Assembly: GCA_964036045.1 (NCBI GenBank)
Contig: OZ038379.1
Coordinates: 10,974,001 to 11,038,000, forward strand
Source: Eutreptiella sp. 'Long Island Sound 2002'
Taxonomy: Eukaryota; Protista; Euglenida
Reading direction: 5' to 3'
DNA: 64,000 nt
Made by a program: the position numbers and the translations under genes. Below, piece by piece: positions 13,801-26,110 of this stretch (position 1 is its first letter; the number at the start of each line of letters is the position of its first letter). The notes under the pieces are model-generated. The model had not been told where the DNA came from, did no database searches, and saw nothing but the letters and a program-made list of their open reading frames with translations.

Positions 13801-15859
13801 TGTAAATTGTCGTGTGCGTAGGAAAAGAGTTAGCTCCTTGACAGTTGTTGAAATGGTTTTCCAAGAAAAATGTGTGGATATGCTTGAATTGTTTCTGTGT
13901 TGCTTTGTACCTCTGCAACTGCCTTTTGCCCGGTAAAGCCCGCTCCTCCCTTCAACTCTTGACCTCCCGTCCTAACAAACCAAAAGCATCCCCCTCAACT
14001 TCTTTTTGGTCAACATCTTTTTGGAATATGCCCTAAATTCCCCTACCATATCGCTGTGGGCTATGCCATTAGGTGGAAAACGTGTACATGCATTTGTTGT
14101 ATCACGATAATGTACTGTTTGCCGTTTGTGAAAACCAATATCCAGCTTGACAAAAAAAACCCACTGTGGGTATCTTGGGCCATGATGGTTTTTTACCATT
14201 TCTTGCATCAAAATTTCTGATTGATGTCCTCGGCTGTCCTTTGGTGGTGTGTCAAATACGCTGCCCTGGGTGCTTTGGTGTCTTTCTTAAATATTAACAA
14301 AATATTAAACATTAACAAAGAATGATTCTACATGCACCATTTTCTGTCCATCAAACAAATCTAAAAGCATTCCATCTGCAAAAAAACCCAAAAAAAAACA
14401 CATGGTAGCCAATTTTTCTAATGTGCATGTGGTTGTAGATGCATGTGCTGATTTGATTCATGCAATCACTGTTTTGTGAGAAATAAAAGGTTACACATGC
14501 TCTATAGGGTTGTGCTGTGCTAGACTGATCCAACACTGCTTCATCAAATGACAAAAGTGATGTGTTTTAAATGTGTTGGCCGCACACAGGTCAAAGAGCA
14601 CTCCACACATGCACGTCCTGGTATGCATATGCAGCAATGTTCGGCAGCTTTCACAGCTGTACTCAATGCACAGCTCTCCAATGTAGCTCCATGTTCTTGA
14701 GATGGCCGTGTTTGTCAGCCACAAACTCTGGCTTGCCTGCTATGTACATAGGATACCTCTATCTTGCCATCAGGTCCCTGCACATAGGCAAATGTGTTGG
14801 CGAGGCGTGTGCTGTCTCCCCTGCATACTGACCTGTCGCCACTCCCTGTCTATTTACCGCTGACAATTGGCAGCTCTGCCAGGCGCTGAGCCATCCATCA
14901 TGGATCGAAAATGTTTCAAGCCAAAAAGACAAACTCCATATCCAGTGGCGCTCGGGAACACCATTAACAACCAGCATCAGCCAATATCAATAAAATCAAT
15001 GCATCACAGGCAAATACAATTTGCTAGCATAATGGGTACTCAGGGAAATGTGATATTGATACACCGTATGTGGAAAAAAAACTGCACTGTCCAGTAAGTG
15101 GGTCGAGAAATCAGAGCTTTCAAAACAGTGGTTGGCCAACACCACAGACGATGCATGCAGACTGTGAGGCCACGTAGACTGCCCGTATTCCCACACAACA
15201 GTTGGGTCTCATGGCATTCTGTAAAATTATTACATCACATGTAGAATAAGGCTGCACTGTCCAGCAAATGGGTTAAGAAATTAGACCCCTCTGCAGAACT
15301 TTCAACCCAGTGGTTGACTACAATACCACAGACAATGCATGCATACTGCGGAGCCATCATGTGGAGCGCTCATCGATCCCCTCATACATGACGGGACGGA
15401 GAGCACTATGGTGCTGCACCACAGGCTTTGTGCTGTTCCATGCAGAAGCGGGAGACAGCCAATAAGGAGATACTGATCATCAAACAGATCAGATGTGGGC
15501 CGACCTCACACGACCACAGATCAATGATGCAGATGGACCCAAAACTGTGGGTCATTGTGGAGCTGTTGGCACATGAAATGTTTTGCCAGAACACCAGAAT
15601 CAGGATGAATGTACTGGTCAGCCCCAAAGCGAAGTCTACATGCCTACACCCGAAATTGGCAGCACCGTCTGGGCAGGGGGGGGGGAGGGGGGCTGAAAGG
15701 CCTGGGACTTCTGACTTGATTGGTGCTGAAAATTGCGGCATTGATATGACTTTGCGTGTGTCAGGCAGTTGGGCCAGGAGAATGCTTCACACGAGCAAGC
15801 GCTGACAAGCCCCCTACAAAGTGGCACCATTGTTAGGATTGGGTCAGTGTCCAGTAGGG

Positions 15860-17029
15860 TTAGGGTAAGGGTCACCGAGCTGGTGGAACCAGTCTTGGTT
15901 TTATAACCCTTTTTAGTGTCTAGGGTGGACCTACCAGGTTTAGCAAGCAAGCAGCAAGCAAGCAGCAAGCAAGCAGCAAGCAGCAAGCAACAAGCAAGCA
16001 GCACGCGCGAAATGGGAAAAAATCAGAACTCCGTCGTGGTGCTTTGGATTTGAGTGAAATTTTGGTGCATGATACCTATGGGTGTGAAGTACAATCACAC
16101 AAAGTTTGAGCAAGAAACTCAACGGTGGTGGCCGGGAACGGGATCCGCAAGTGGCGGACCTCAGTTTCAAAAACTGCACTTTAGGGCCAAAAATAGTCAT
16201 TTTTGGGCCAAAAAAGCCCTGGAACACATTCAAAACGGCCAAACGAAGGGAAACGGTGGGTGCACTCCACGTGAGTCTTGACTTCCCCGTGTCAACGAGC
16301 TCTTTGCGGCCCTCTAGCTCCATGATATGTCTGAGAAACGGCCCAAAAAGGCCCCCAGAAGCTCCAAATGCCGACAGCCACAAACCAAGAATAGGCCATA
16401 TCTTTGGCTACATGGCTCAAAATGCAATTCCGAGGGCACCTACTCCACCCGCAACCCCCCGCTTTTTGTGGTTTCCGCCCCTCAGAATTGCCCAAACGGA
16501 CGCCTAGGCCCCCATACCTAGGCCCACTAGGCTGCAACAAGCTGCAAGCTCAAGCCCAAACACATGGGTGCCCAAATGGGTCAACAGGGTCCAATAGGGG
16601 CAAAAAGATGACTTTTCTCAAAAATGATCCTACACCATGTGCGACGCTAAAACAAGTGTTTTTGGACCGTTTTGAGCCTGTGGTGGCCCATTTTGGTCCT
16701 CCGAAAATCCCAAAATGCCTTGAAAATGGGCTGTTTTGGGACCAAAAATGGGTCAAAAATGGGTCAAAAACGCAGTTTTCCAAACCTCATCCTAGACCAT
16801 TTGGGGTGCACCAACGGGTGAAATGAGCCCATTTTGAGCCCATTTTGGGGCATTTTGGCCCCTCAGAAGTCCAAAAGGCCTTGAAAGTGGGCCTCGTGGT
16901 GATGGGGTTCACTTGCAAGCTGATTTCACTTTTCAAGAGCCATCAATGTGTGAATCATTCTTGATGTCCCTCACCAGTCATAGCTAATGTTCCCCCCCCC
17001 ACCAGCTCGGTCCCAATATTCAATCTTGA
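15860..17029. mobile_element. Non-coding 1170-bp unit 1 of a head-to-tail pair embedded in a telomeric (TAGGGT)n tract
   Basis: Begins TTAGGGTAAGGGTC. Carries a 13-bp subterminal inverted repeat (ACCGAGCTGGTGG at 15874-15886, CCACCAGCTCGGT at 16999-17011) and an (AAGC)n microsatellite at ~15943-15999. Colinear with unit 2. Confidence 0.75.
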
Positions 17030-17120
17030 TTAGGGTAAGGGTCACCGAGCTGGTGGAACCAGTCTTGGTTTTATAACCCTCTTTAGGGTCTAGGGTGGAC
17101 CTAACAGGTTTAGCAGCAGC

Positions 17121-17159
<39 letters not shown>

Positions 17160-18189
17160 GCACGCGCGAAATGGCTAAAAATCAGAATTCCGTCGTGGTG
17201 CTTCGGATTCGGGTGAAATTTTGGTGCATGATACCTATGGGTGTGAAGTACAATCACACAAAGTTTGAGCAAGAAACTCAACGGTGGCGGCCGGGAACGG
17301 GATTCGCAAGTGGCGGACCTCAGTTTCAAAAACTGCATTTTACGGCCAAAAACAGCCATTTTTGGGCCAAAAAAGCCCTGGAACACATTCAAAACGGCCA
17401 AACGAAGGGAAACGGTGGGTACACTCCACATGCATCTTGACTTCCCCGTGTCAACGAGCTCTTTGCGGCCCTCTAACTCCATGATATGTCCCAGAAACGG
17501 CCCGAAAAGGCCCCCAGAAGCTCCAAATGCCGACAGCCACAAACCAAGAATAGGCCATATCTTTGGCTACATGGCTCAAAATGCGATTCCGAGGGCACCT
17601 ACTCCACCCGCAACCCCCCACTTTTTGTGGTTTCCACCCCTCAGAATTGCCCAAACGGACGCCTAGACCCAAATATCTAGGCCCACTAGGCTGCGGCAAG
17701 CTGCAAGCTCAAGCCCAAACAGGTGGGTGCCCAAATGGGTCAACAGGGTCCAGTAGGGGCAAAAAGATGACTTTTCTCAAAAATGATCCTAGACCATGTC
17801 CGACGCTAAAACAAGTGTTTTTGGACCGTTTTGAGCTTGTGGTGGCGCATTTTGGTACTCCGAAAATCCCAAAATGCCCTGAAAATGGGCTGTTTTGGGA
17901 CCAAAAATGGGTCAAAAATGGGTCAAAAATGCATTTTTCCAAACCTCATCCCAAACCATTTGGGTTGCACAAACGGGTGAAATGAGCCCATTTTGAGCCC
18001 ATTTTGGAGCATGTTGGCCCCTCAGAAGTCCAAAAAGCCTTGAAAGTGGGCCTCGTGGTGATGGGGTTCACATGCAAGCTGATTTCACTTTGTCAAGAGC
18101 CATCAATGTGTGAATCATTCTTGATGTCCCTCACCACTCATAGCTGATGTTCCCTCCCCCACCAGCTCGGTCCCAATATTCCGTCTTGA
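17030..18189. mobile_element. Non-coding 1160-bp unit 2 of the telomere-embedded tandem pair
   Basis: Same structure as unit 1 (subterminal IR at 17044-17056 and 18159-18171). Followed by TTAGGGTTAGGGTT at 18190-18203. Confidence 0.75.
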
Positions 18190-18482
18190 TTAGGGTTAGG
18201 GTTGTTGTGTGGCTTGGCAGAGCTAACAAGAGCTAACAAGAGAGGTTGCTACAGATTCATGATGGTATGAGGTTAGGTATGGAAGCAGAGGCCAACATCA
18301 GCCCGAGGGCTGGAAACCAAACCAGGCCTAAGCAAAAGGTCCTGGCGGGGCTGCTGCTGACACCATCGGCAGTACAGCTCCAAAAACGTGCAAAAAAAAA
18401 ACTGGTACTTAGTTTGGCAGACGCGTCGAGTTTGCCGGGCGTGCCAGCGGGGACACGCAAAGGCAGAGCGCATGAGCCGGCA

Positions 18483-18766
18483 CCTTGCCCACAGCCTCCA
18501 AACAATCCATGGTGCATGGACGTGCCCCTCAGCCTGCTTACTGCGCGACTTATGGGGATCACGTGTCCTTGCCCACAGCCTCCAAGCAATCCTTGGTGCA
18601 TGGACGTGCCCCTCAGCCTGCTTACTGCGCGACTTATGGGGATCACGTGTCCTTGCCCACAGCCTCCAAGCAATCCTTGGTGCATGGACGTGCCCCTCAG
18701 CCTGCTTACTGCGCGACTTATGGGGATCACGTGTCCTTGCCCACAGCTTCCAAGCAATCCATGGTG
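18483..18766. repeat. 84-bp minisatellite, ~3.4 copies
   Basis: CCTTGCCCACAGC starts at 18483, 18567, 18651 and 18735; the whole unit is repeated, with no unique spacers. Confidence 0.95.
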
Positions 18767-19224
18767 TATGTCAGACCTTACACCAAGTCCCCTGTGAAGC
18801 CCAGTTTCTAATGCACTGCATGTTGTGCACACCAAGATGTGCCATTAAGCGACCTTGAGAGAAAAACCTAACATGTGCAAATTCAGCTTGTGTGTCGCTG
18901 TCCTATATGGAACACCCAATACAAAAATGATAAGCAAGGCATCTCCCCTTCAATAGCATTGTGGAAATGGGGAGGAATGGGCCAAAACCAAATGCTTTGC
19001 TTGCCCAAAAGCAAGCGCTCAACGTCCATATATTCAGCATCCAATATGCTACACAGTATGCACATGGAAAGTGTAACACATGCTCCCACCCAAAGGGTTC
19101 AAACTGGGTGAGAAACACAGAAATGCTTTTCTGTGCACAAATGGCCAGAGACAGTCCGCCAGCAGGTCGAACTTACGCACATACGAAGGGTGATGACACG
19201 CATTATCATCCCATCCCGAATTGA

Positions 19225-19527
<303 letters not shown>

Positions 19528-19771
19528 TCAGGCCTCTGAACGCCGAAAAGAAATCATTGTTGATGAACGCACCCATCAGAAACATTCCACCAGCAGTACC
19601 TAAGCACGTTTGTTCATGGAATCCTGCGGAAACCCCGCAGATTTTAAAGCGGGCGGTAGTTGGCTGGCAAGCAGGCTGTGATTGCATCCCCCTCTCGGGC
19701 TCTGAGGCCCTCATGGCATCAATGCTACCAGCAGCATGCTCGGCACTGGGCCACAGCGTCATTCAACACAC

Positions 19772-19916
19772 CTTCCGGGACGGTATTGAATGTCTCGTCA
19801 AAAGGAAAGGACGTATGGGTCGCATCGCCGTTGATACCAACAACTAAGGGCGTCTTGGCTTTCTCACCCAGCGAGAGGTTCTGGAAAATAAACAACGGCT
19901 GGCCAGGAGTAAATTC
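19772..19916 (-). pseudogene. PFOR: PFOR exon (end of domain II), copy 1
   Basis: TTGCAG acceptor, then EFTPGQPLFIFQNLSLGEKAKTPLVVGINGDATHTSFPFDETFNTVPE-G|GT. The phase-1 GT..AG intron (19410-19771) restores [13 protein letters not shown]. Confidence 0.8.
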
Positions 19917-20499
19917 CTGCAAAGAGCAGCGAGCAGGCAAAGGTGGCCGCCTGTGTGCACACCCCGAGGTTTTCGCATTGCACTGTTTTTCGGGCTACGT
20001 GCACACACTCCGTCGAATATGACCATCGACCGTCGATCACGCACCGCATTTCTAACTCCGAGTCAACTAGTTCAACAGACTTAACAAGATAGCTACACAA
20101 ATTGAACAACATTTGGGGATGGGTGTTATGTGGCAGCCTGTTCGGAATTCGGTGTTTGTTGTGCTGCAGTGTGGTGGAGGAGAGCATGCTTCAGACAGGC
20201 AATGTGACAAATGAGCCAATGATGAACATACTTCTGATGAGTTGATAAGAACCCCAATTCGCATTCGAATCGTAGTAAAATGCGCTCCTGGTGATGCAAT
20301 CATTTTCGCGAGGTTTGCCTGCTGTGCCAAACTGAATTGCTGTGCAGGAGGGGTCTGCATAACACGTCTCCGCACATCCATGAAAGGTGTTGCTCTAAGC
20401 GTTGGTCTCATCATAGCTATTCAAGGATGCTCCAACAGACCCAAGACAGCCAATAGTGAACGGTCCGTCAAGGGAAAACCACTCTGTGTAGAGAGCAAC

Positions 20500-20682
20500 C
20501 GATGTTGTGCACAAAGGTTCAGGGTATCAAAGGATGTTGTGCAAGAAGGTTCAGGGTACCAAACAATGTTGTGCAGAGGCTGGGGTACCAAAGAATGTTG
20601 TACACACTCGGGACACCAAACGATGGAGGGCATGTTGTGCAGAGAGGTTCAGGGTACCAAACGATGTTGTGCAGAGGTTCGG
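20500..20682. repeat. Degenerate ~30-bp tandem repeat (ATGTTGTGCA..GGTTCAGGGTACCAAA), ~6 copies
   Basis: GATGTTGTGC and GGGTACCAAA motifs recur in tandem. Confidence 0.85.
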
Positions 20683-21217
20683 AAAAGGCTGAACTTTAAA
20701 AACATTCTACTGCCTTTGGCAAGTCCACCTCACAGAGAATCTACCACGAGCAATGCACTGTGTTCAACCCTACAAAAAAAAAACGCCCTCTTTATGCGTA
20801 CGTTGCTCATCACATTTCAAAAAACAACAGTAAGTGGCGTGAAACTGGTGCACTCTGGTTTGAGTTTGAGAAATAAATTGACTCTGTTGCTTGTTGTGGT
20901 CAGTGGGAAAAATGTTTTATGAAATGAGAGTGGGAGAGGTGCTGATTCTGGCTCTTGGCGTCTCCAGATTTGCCTCTATTTGAGCTGTTGGCATGCCATG
21001 CTCTCTCCTAAAATTTCCCTCTTTACGGAATAGGTCTGCACTCTTGCACTTGGTGGAGCTGGTGTACCTAAGCACGTCTGTTCATGGAAATCCTGCGGAA
21101 GCCCCAAAGATTTTAAAGCTGGTCGTAGTTGTTTGGAAAGCAGGCGGTAATTGCTCTGAGGCCCTCATGGCATCAATGCTACCAGCAGCGTGCTCGGCGC
21201 TGCGTCATTCAACACAC

Positions 21218-21362
21218 CTTCCGGGACGGTATTGAATGTCTCGTCAAAAGGAAAGGACGTATGGGTCACATCGCCGTTGATACCAACAACTAAGGGCGTC
21301 TTGGCTTTCTCACCCAGCGAGAGGTTCTCGAAAATAAACAACGGCTGGCCAGGAGTAAATTC
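21218..21362 (-). pseudogene. PFOR: PFOR exon (end of domain II), copy 2, with splice sites intact
   Basis: Lies in the duplicated block 21064-21392 (other copy 19596-19946). Same 145-nt exon, reading EFTPGQPLFIFENL...GINGDVTHTSF...TVPE-G|GT. Confidence 0.8.
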
Positions 21363-22690
21363 CTGCAAAGAGCAGCGAGCAGGCAAAGGTGGTGGCGGTG
21401 CACATGGGTCATAGCTTTGGTTTTGGCTCTGAAATCCGTAATTTCCTTGAAATAATTCTCCCATATGCAACGAGGGACCGCCAAACACACGGAGGGACTT
21501 TGGCCAATTCCCACTCCAGTCAATTGGCGCCAAAGGCACCAGAGAAAGTTTTTTGATTGGCCGAAGGCCCAGAGGAAAATATGGTCCAATATTTTCGGGG
21601 GGGATTGGTGGGTAGATCTAGGTGGGGGGGGGGGGGGACCCCACCCCCAGTGGTACCGAGTGCCGAGCAGCCCTGGGTCTGGCCCAAGCCCCCCTGCCTC
21701 CTACGGTTGTCCATCCCAACCTGCTCTCTTGGCCTCCTTGAGTGCCTGGGCGTCCTCTCCTCCCCCCGTTGCGGGCAGAAGTGAAACCGGCCTGCCCAGG
21801 CACCCATGCATCACACAGGACCTGTTGAACAACCAACTGAGAGGGCCCAAAACGAAAACGTAACATTTCCAATTGGTGCTGTCAGTGACCCCCTGTGTTT
21901 GGCTGACTGTTGTCTGTTCCCTTGACTGTGGCTGGTTGTTTAACGGAGGTTCGGGGAAGGGGTCGAGAGCAGGGGGGGAGTCTCGAGGGTTTGTTGGCGT
22001 GTGACTGACCATTGAAGTGTTAGTTGGTAGCGCTTGACACCCCCCCCCAAAACTCCGTCCAGGTCTGTCACTGATCAGCAATACAAACACGAACACTGCG
22101 GAGGCCCAGCACAAGCAGCTGGGCACAAATTATGAAAAGCAAATTGCAGCCGAAGCCTGTGTCTCCCCTGACACCAGGGGCAAAGTAATGATTATTGCTA
22201 AACATTAGATAGGTGGGGGAACCTGTAGCGAAGAGTGCAATCCCCCCCCAACGCATGAGAAGGGGAGGAGGTGGGGGGAGGGGGCCCAAGGGGCGGGGGA
22301 CCCTCCACCTACGGTTGGCAGCTGTTCTAATACATCCACGGGGGTGCGCTTGAAGAGGGGGGAGGGATCCCTGCCCCCGCCCCTCTTTGGGGTGCCGGTC
22401 AGCTGTGCTAACCGCTTCTGGCCCCCTTCAACGGCCCTGACACCGCTTTGTACCCGACCGAAATTGCCTCCCAACCGCTTTCCAACCGCCTGCAACCGCT
22501 CCCAAAGCCTCCCTTCGGCCCCCTCCTCCCCCGCCACTCCGCTGCACCAGTCGGCCTGCCCGGCCCCTTCAGAAAGGGCCCCCATCCGCCACACCGGGCA
22601 CGGCCCGCGGCCCAGACCCAACGGGGAATGGGGTGGGGCTTGGGGGCAGGGGGTAGCGGTCCGGAGAAACGGAGCACAGGCCACACCAAC

Positions 22691-22829
22691 CGCTCGCCAT
22701 CCCAATACGCCCGCAGCCCGTCGTACTTCTCGGACACCCACCAGCCCTTCAGCGCCGCCGCCTCGTCCAGCCGCTGCAGCGTCTTGGCCAAAAGAAACTC
22801 AGGGGCCTGCGGCATCTGTGCCACGTCCT
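22691..22829 (-). CDS. ATP-dependent DNA ligase exon, minimal (phage/proteobacterial/kinetoplast-like) type, containing motif I
   Basis: CCCCAG acceptor (AG at 22831-22830), then (E)DVAQMPQAPEFLLAK...GWWVSEKYDGLRAYWDGER, ending at a GT donor (22690). WxSEKxDGxRAYWDG is the adenylation motif of minimal ATP-dependent ligases. Confidence 0.88.
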
Positions 22830-24142
22830 CTGGGGAAGCGGGTCACAGACTTCGTTGTGCAGGATTGAACAATGCAGGGGAAGGGGCCCTCAGTAGGATT
22901 TGGATATCGCACCTACAAATACCAAGAAAAAAGGTCACACATGAATTGGGGACATGATATGTGGCGGGGGAAGAGAGAAACAAGATGGACGGTCAGAGGA
23001 CTCAAACAAACGCCGATTGCACCCCAGGGGTGCAATTCACAATGTCCCGATCATGCTTCACAAAGCTGAGTGACATATGGTTGGGTGACAACACGCCCAA
23101 ATCCACACACATCGATGACAGTCGCAACTGCAACTGTCCCCACATTGGAATGTGAAGGGGTCGGTGCTGGAATGCCTTTGTTGCTTGGGCCATCCACAAG
23201 AGCTTGCTTGTACAGCTGATTGCGCTTGGGGTCCCACAAGTACAAATGACAGGCGGGTTCAACGGCCACCCCACAAGAAAAAAAAAGAAGCAGGCCACAG
23301 AGCAAGCTTTTTTTTCTCAAACGTGCAAGGCGCGGAGACACACCAGCATCGCATGTTTCAACACATGCCTTGAACTGCAAACACCAATCCCATGTGTTTG
23401 ACCATACCCGCAGTGCAAAGAACCGGTGATGTCACACCCAGGCCACTAACTTAAAGCGGGGGTTGTGGCGTGGGGTTGTGTTGTGTCAAGTTTTCCTGGG
23501 CAATGGAGTCACTTGAGAGATATCCAACATTTGGCGCTTTGGAGTGGCAGGTGGCACGCCTTGAACACGTGGTGTGAGTTAAGGGGAGAAATTCTCCTTC
23601 ACAGATTTTTACCAGGGTCCCCAAGCGGTGAGGAATCAAATGACTACATAACTCATGCATTAACCTGCCCAAAGCAGCATGCAGCATCAGGGTCCTCAAG
23701 CCGGGAAGGAGTCAAATGGCTGCACAACCCATACCGTATCAGGGTGCCCAAAGAGGGGAGGAATCAAATGACCGCCTAACCACCACCATCCACTACCATA
23801 TGGAGTCCCCATCGTGGGAAGGAGTCAAACGACCACCTAGCCCATGTTGTAACCAGACCGGCAAACAAGGGGGTGATGGTGTTTTCAATGGCTGTGATTC
23901 TTTCAAGCACATTTGCAAATACAGTAAAAAAAAAAAAATCAGGTGCAATAAACGGTGCTTGGAAACAAACTCAAAATTTTTCTAGTCGGAAAATGTCACG
24001 TTTTTGATTCCGTTGCACCCCAAGGACGTTCGATGCGCCCTGAGGCAGAGCACCGGCTGATGAGGGAGATTTGTGCGTCACCAACAGTGTGCAGGACTCC
24101 TCCCGATGAACACTCATAAGTGGAAGCTGACCCGATGCAATC

Positions 24143-24325
24143 CAGAAGACCGTGTTCATTTATCTGCCGTTGTTTGTTTGTTTTGCCAACTGAATTTCTG
24201 CAATGGTCCTGGCGTCGCAAGATACTTCATTTTTCCTGTTTTTCCTGGGCAGCATTTTTGTGAAGTTGACCTTTCTGTGAAGGATGTTTGGGTGCCCTTC
24301 TCCTGTTCATAACAAGAAGTGCGGG
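24143..24325 (+). repeat. 183-bp direct repeat, copy 1 (copy 2 at 25138-25320), flanking the BRCT exon at 24567-24750
   Basis: CAGAAGACCGTGTTCATTTATCTGCC...AACAAGAAGTGCGGG appears twice, 995 bp apart. Confidence 0.95.
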
Positions 24326-24566
24326 TTACTGCGTCGCCAACCACTGTCGGGTTGCCACAAAAATGCCACCCCAAAACCTGAGGCTTTCCTGGAAAAACGA
24401 AAGAAAGAAGAAAAGAAATAAATCCCCGTGGCAACCAACATTTGTCCAGCCCCACCACCCCTCGGCCCACACGGGAGAAACCGTGACCCAACGAACCCCT
24501 GCCAGTGAGAAATTCCCTCGCGGCAGACATCCCCTCCGGACCTGCCCGACCCAATCATCCCCATAC

Positions 24567-24750
24567 CACTGTCCTCGGCCGCCACAAATGTGGACTGCAA
24601 CTCCTCCCCAGTCTCCACAAGGTGGACCAGGAAATCCTCTGTAACAACCGCAACCTCAGCTTTTCTGTGGGCTGCATTGTGCAAAGCGGTGCCAGCCCCG
24701 TTCTCGCACACCACCAAATGCGTCACCTCGGAGGTCAGCGTCCGGGCCAC
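24567..24750 (-). CDS. BRCT-domain exon B (5' boundary uncertain)
   Basis: VARTLTSEVTHLVVCENGAGTALHNAAHRKAEVAVVTEDFLVHLVETGE follows the BRCT THLV...A....V.VV...(W/F)L pattern. It ends EDS-G|GTATGG (phase 1), compatible with the AG-GAC start of the ligase exon. Confidence 0.65.
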
Positions 24751-25137
24751 AGATCAGCCACGACTCCCCAGTTCCTGTATAATAGAGGAAACGGTTCAAT
24801 GGGCACAAGTGCAGCAGACCTAACCTCCTGCGGTCAACTGGATATCCCCGCCATGGAGGCCGGTAGACACGGCGTAGATTGCAACCAACAGAAACGCCAG
24901 ACTGCGTAATTCAACCCCTTTCAAGTTTGGGTGAAATGACGATAAGGTGGAGGACCATTCACAGCAAGGTAAAACACCCTTTCAACACAGCAGCAGCTGA
25001 TGCTGCAACAGACCAAGATATTCGACACCGGCCCGATCCAGTGTCTCATCCAGATAGACTGTAGCGGTGTCAGAGAATACGCGGGATACCAATTCTGTTG
25101 AATTCTATTTTCGCAATTTTTGAAGGCCGCCAGAAAA

Positions 25138-25320
25138 CAGAAGACCGTGTTCATTTATCTGCCGTTGTTTGTTTTTTTTGCCAACTGAATTTCTGCAATG
25201 GTCCTGGCGTCGCAAGATACTTCAATTTTCCTGTTTTTCCTTGGCGGCATTTTTGTGAAGTTAACCTTCCTGTGAAGGATGTTTGGGTGCCCTTCTCCTG
25301 TTCATAACAAGAAGTGCGGG
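25138..25320 (+). repeat. 183-bp direct repeat, copy 2
   Basis: See 24143-24325. Confidence 0.95.
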
Positions 25321-25689
25321 CCCTTGGACTATGGGATCGCACGCAGTCCATGCCACACACATAGGTTGGTTGAACTCGAGGAGTGCCATACACTTTCCAA
25401 TCCGTTTTCGGGCACTTTCAATCTTGGTGTCACTCAAAGTCTTCATCGCTGCTGATGTGACAATGAGGCAAGCAAACCCTTCCACGTTAGAAGAGCCACA
25501 GGGTCCCACAACTGGGCAACAAGGGTGACTGCTGCAGGGCCAGCAGCAACATTCAAAATCCCAACAACCATGGCTCTACAGAAATCAGACAGAATGTCCA
25601 AATCTCCTCCAGCAGCAAAACGAAGGGCTGCAATGTCATGGGGCACAACGGACCAACCAATACACTTGCTCCATCTGAACACAATGCGA

Positions 25690-26110
25690 CATAAACAACC
25701 CAGCAATCAGGGTTTGTAGAATGACGTCTTCCAAAATTGCTCCCAGACCTCTTGGGATGCCCAAAACGAGTGTTTTCAGCCTGTTTTGAGGCCGTCCTGC
25801 CCTGTGTGGCCCCCGAACAGTCCCGAAACCCTTTGAAAACGGGCCATTTGGCGCCCATAAGTGCGTTAAAAATGGGGTCAACAACGGATTTTTCCAGAAA
25901 TGATGGGGCTGTGTTGGTCCCATGTTCAGTCGGTTTTGCCATGTACGTATGGCATGCCCATGTTTGAGGAGTCCCAGGGTGAATCCCCTCTGTTTTGAAA
26001 ATAGAGGGGTGGGGAATCCATTTTTGAAGATTTTGGGGCCTGTCCGTAAATCCTCTGCCCAGAGATTCCGATTTTGTATCATTTTTGCCATGTTTTCACC
26101 AACATCTGGC
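25690..26110. repeat. Diverged repeat related to the internal part of the 1.16-kb units
   Basis: Shares AAAAATGGGGTCAA...TTTTTCCA.AAATGAT and CCC(T)TTGAAAA.GGGCC motifs with 16540-16900. Confidence 0.5.

Noticed and set aside
9240-14700. AT-rich stretch with many short ORFs, suspected decayed transposon or viral coding sequence
   Set aside because: No recognisable motif or continuous frame, so it cannot be assigned without a search.
15940-17985. Paired 130-150-aa ORFs on both strands in the 1.16-kb units
   Set aside because: They recur only because the unit is duplicated. They have no domain motifs, and indels between the copies alter them.
18483-18766. CRISPR-like periodic array
   Set aside because: The whole 84-bp unit repeats with no unique spacers, there are no cas genes, and the context is eukaryotic.
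22140-22240. Possible next ligase exon (LMFSNNHYFAP, minus strand)
   Set aside because: The acceptor-compatible frame hits a stop (RFPHLSNV*), and the resemblance to ligase SRxGN..FAP is too weak.
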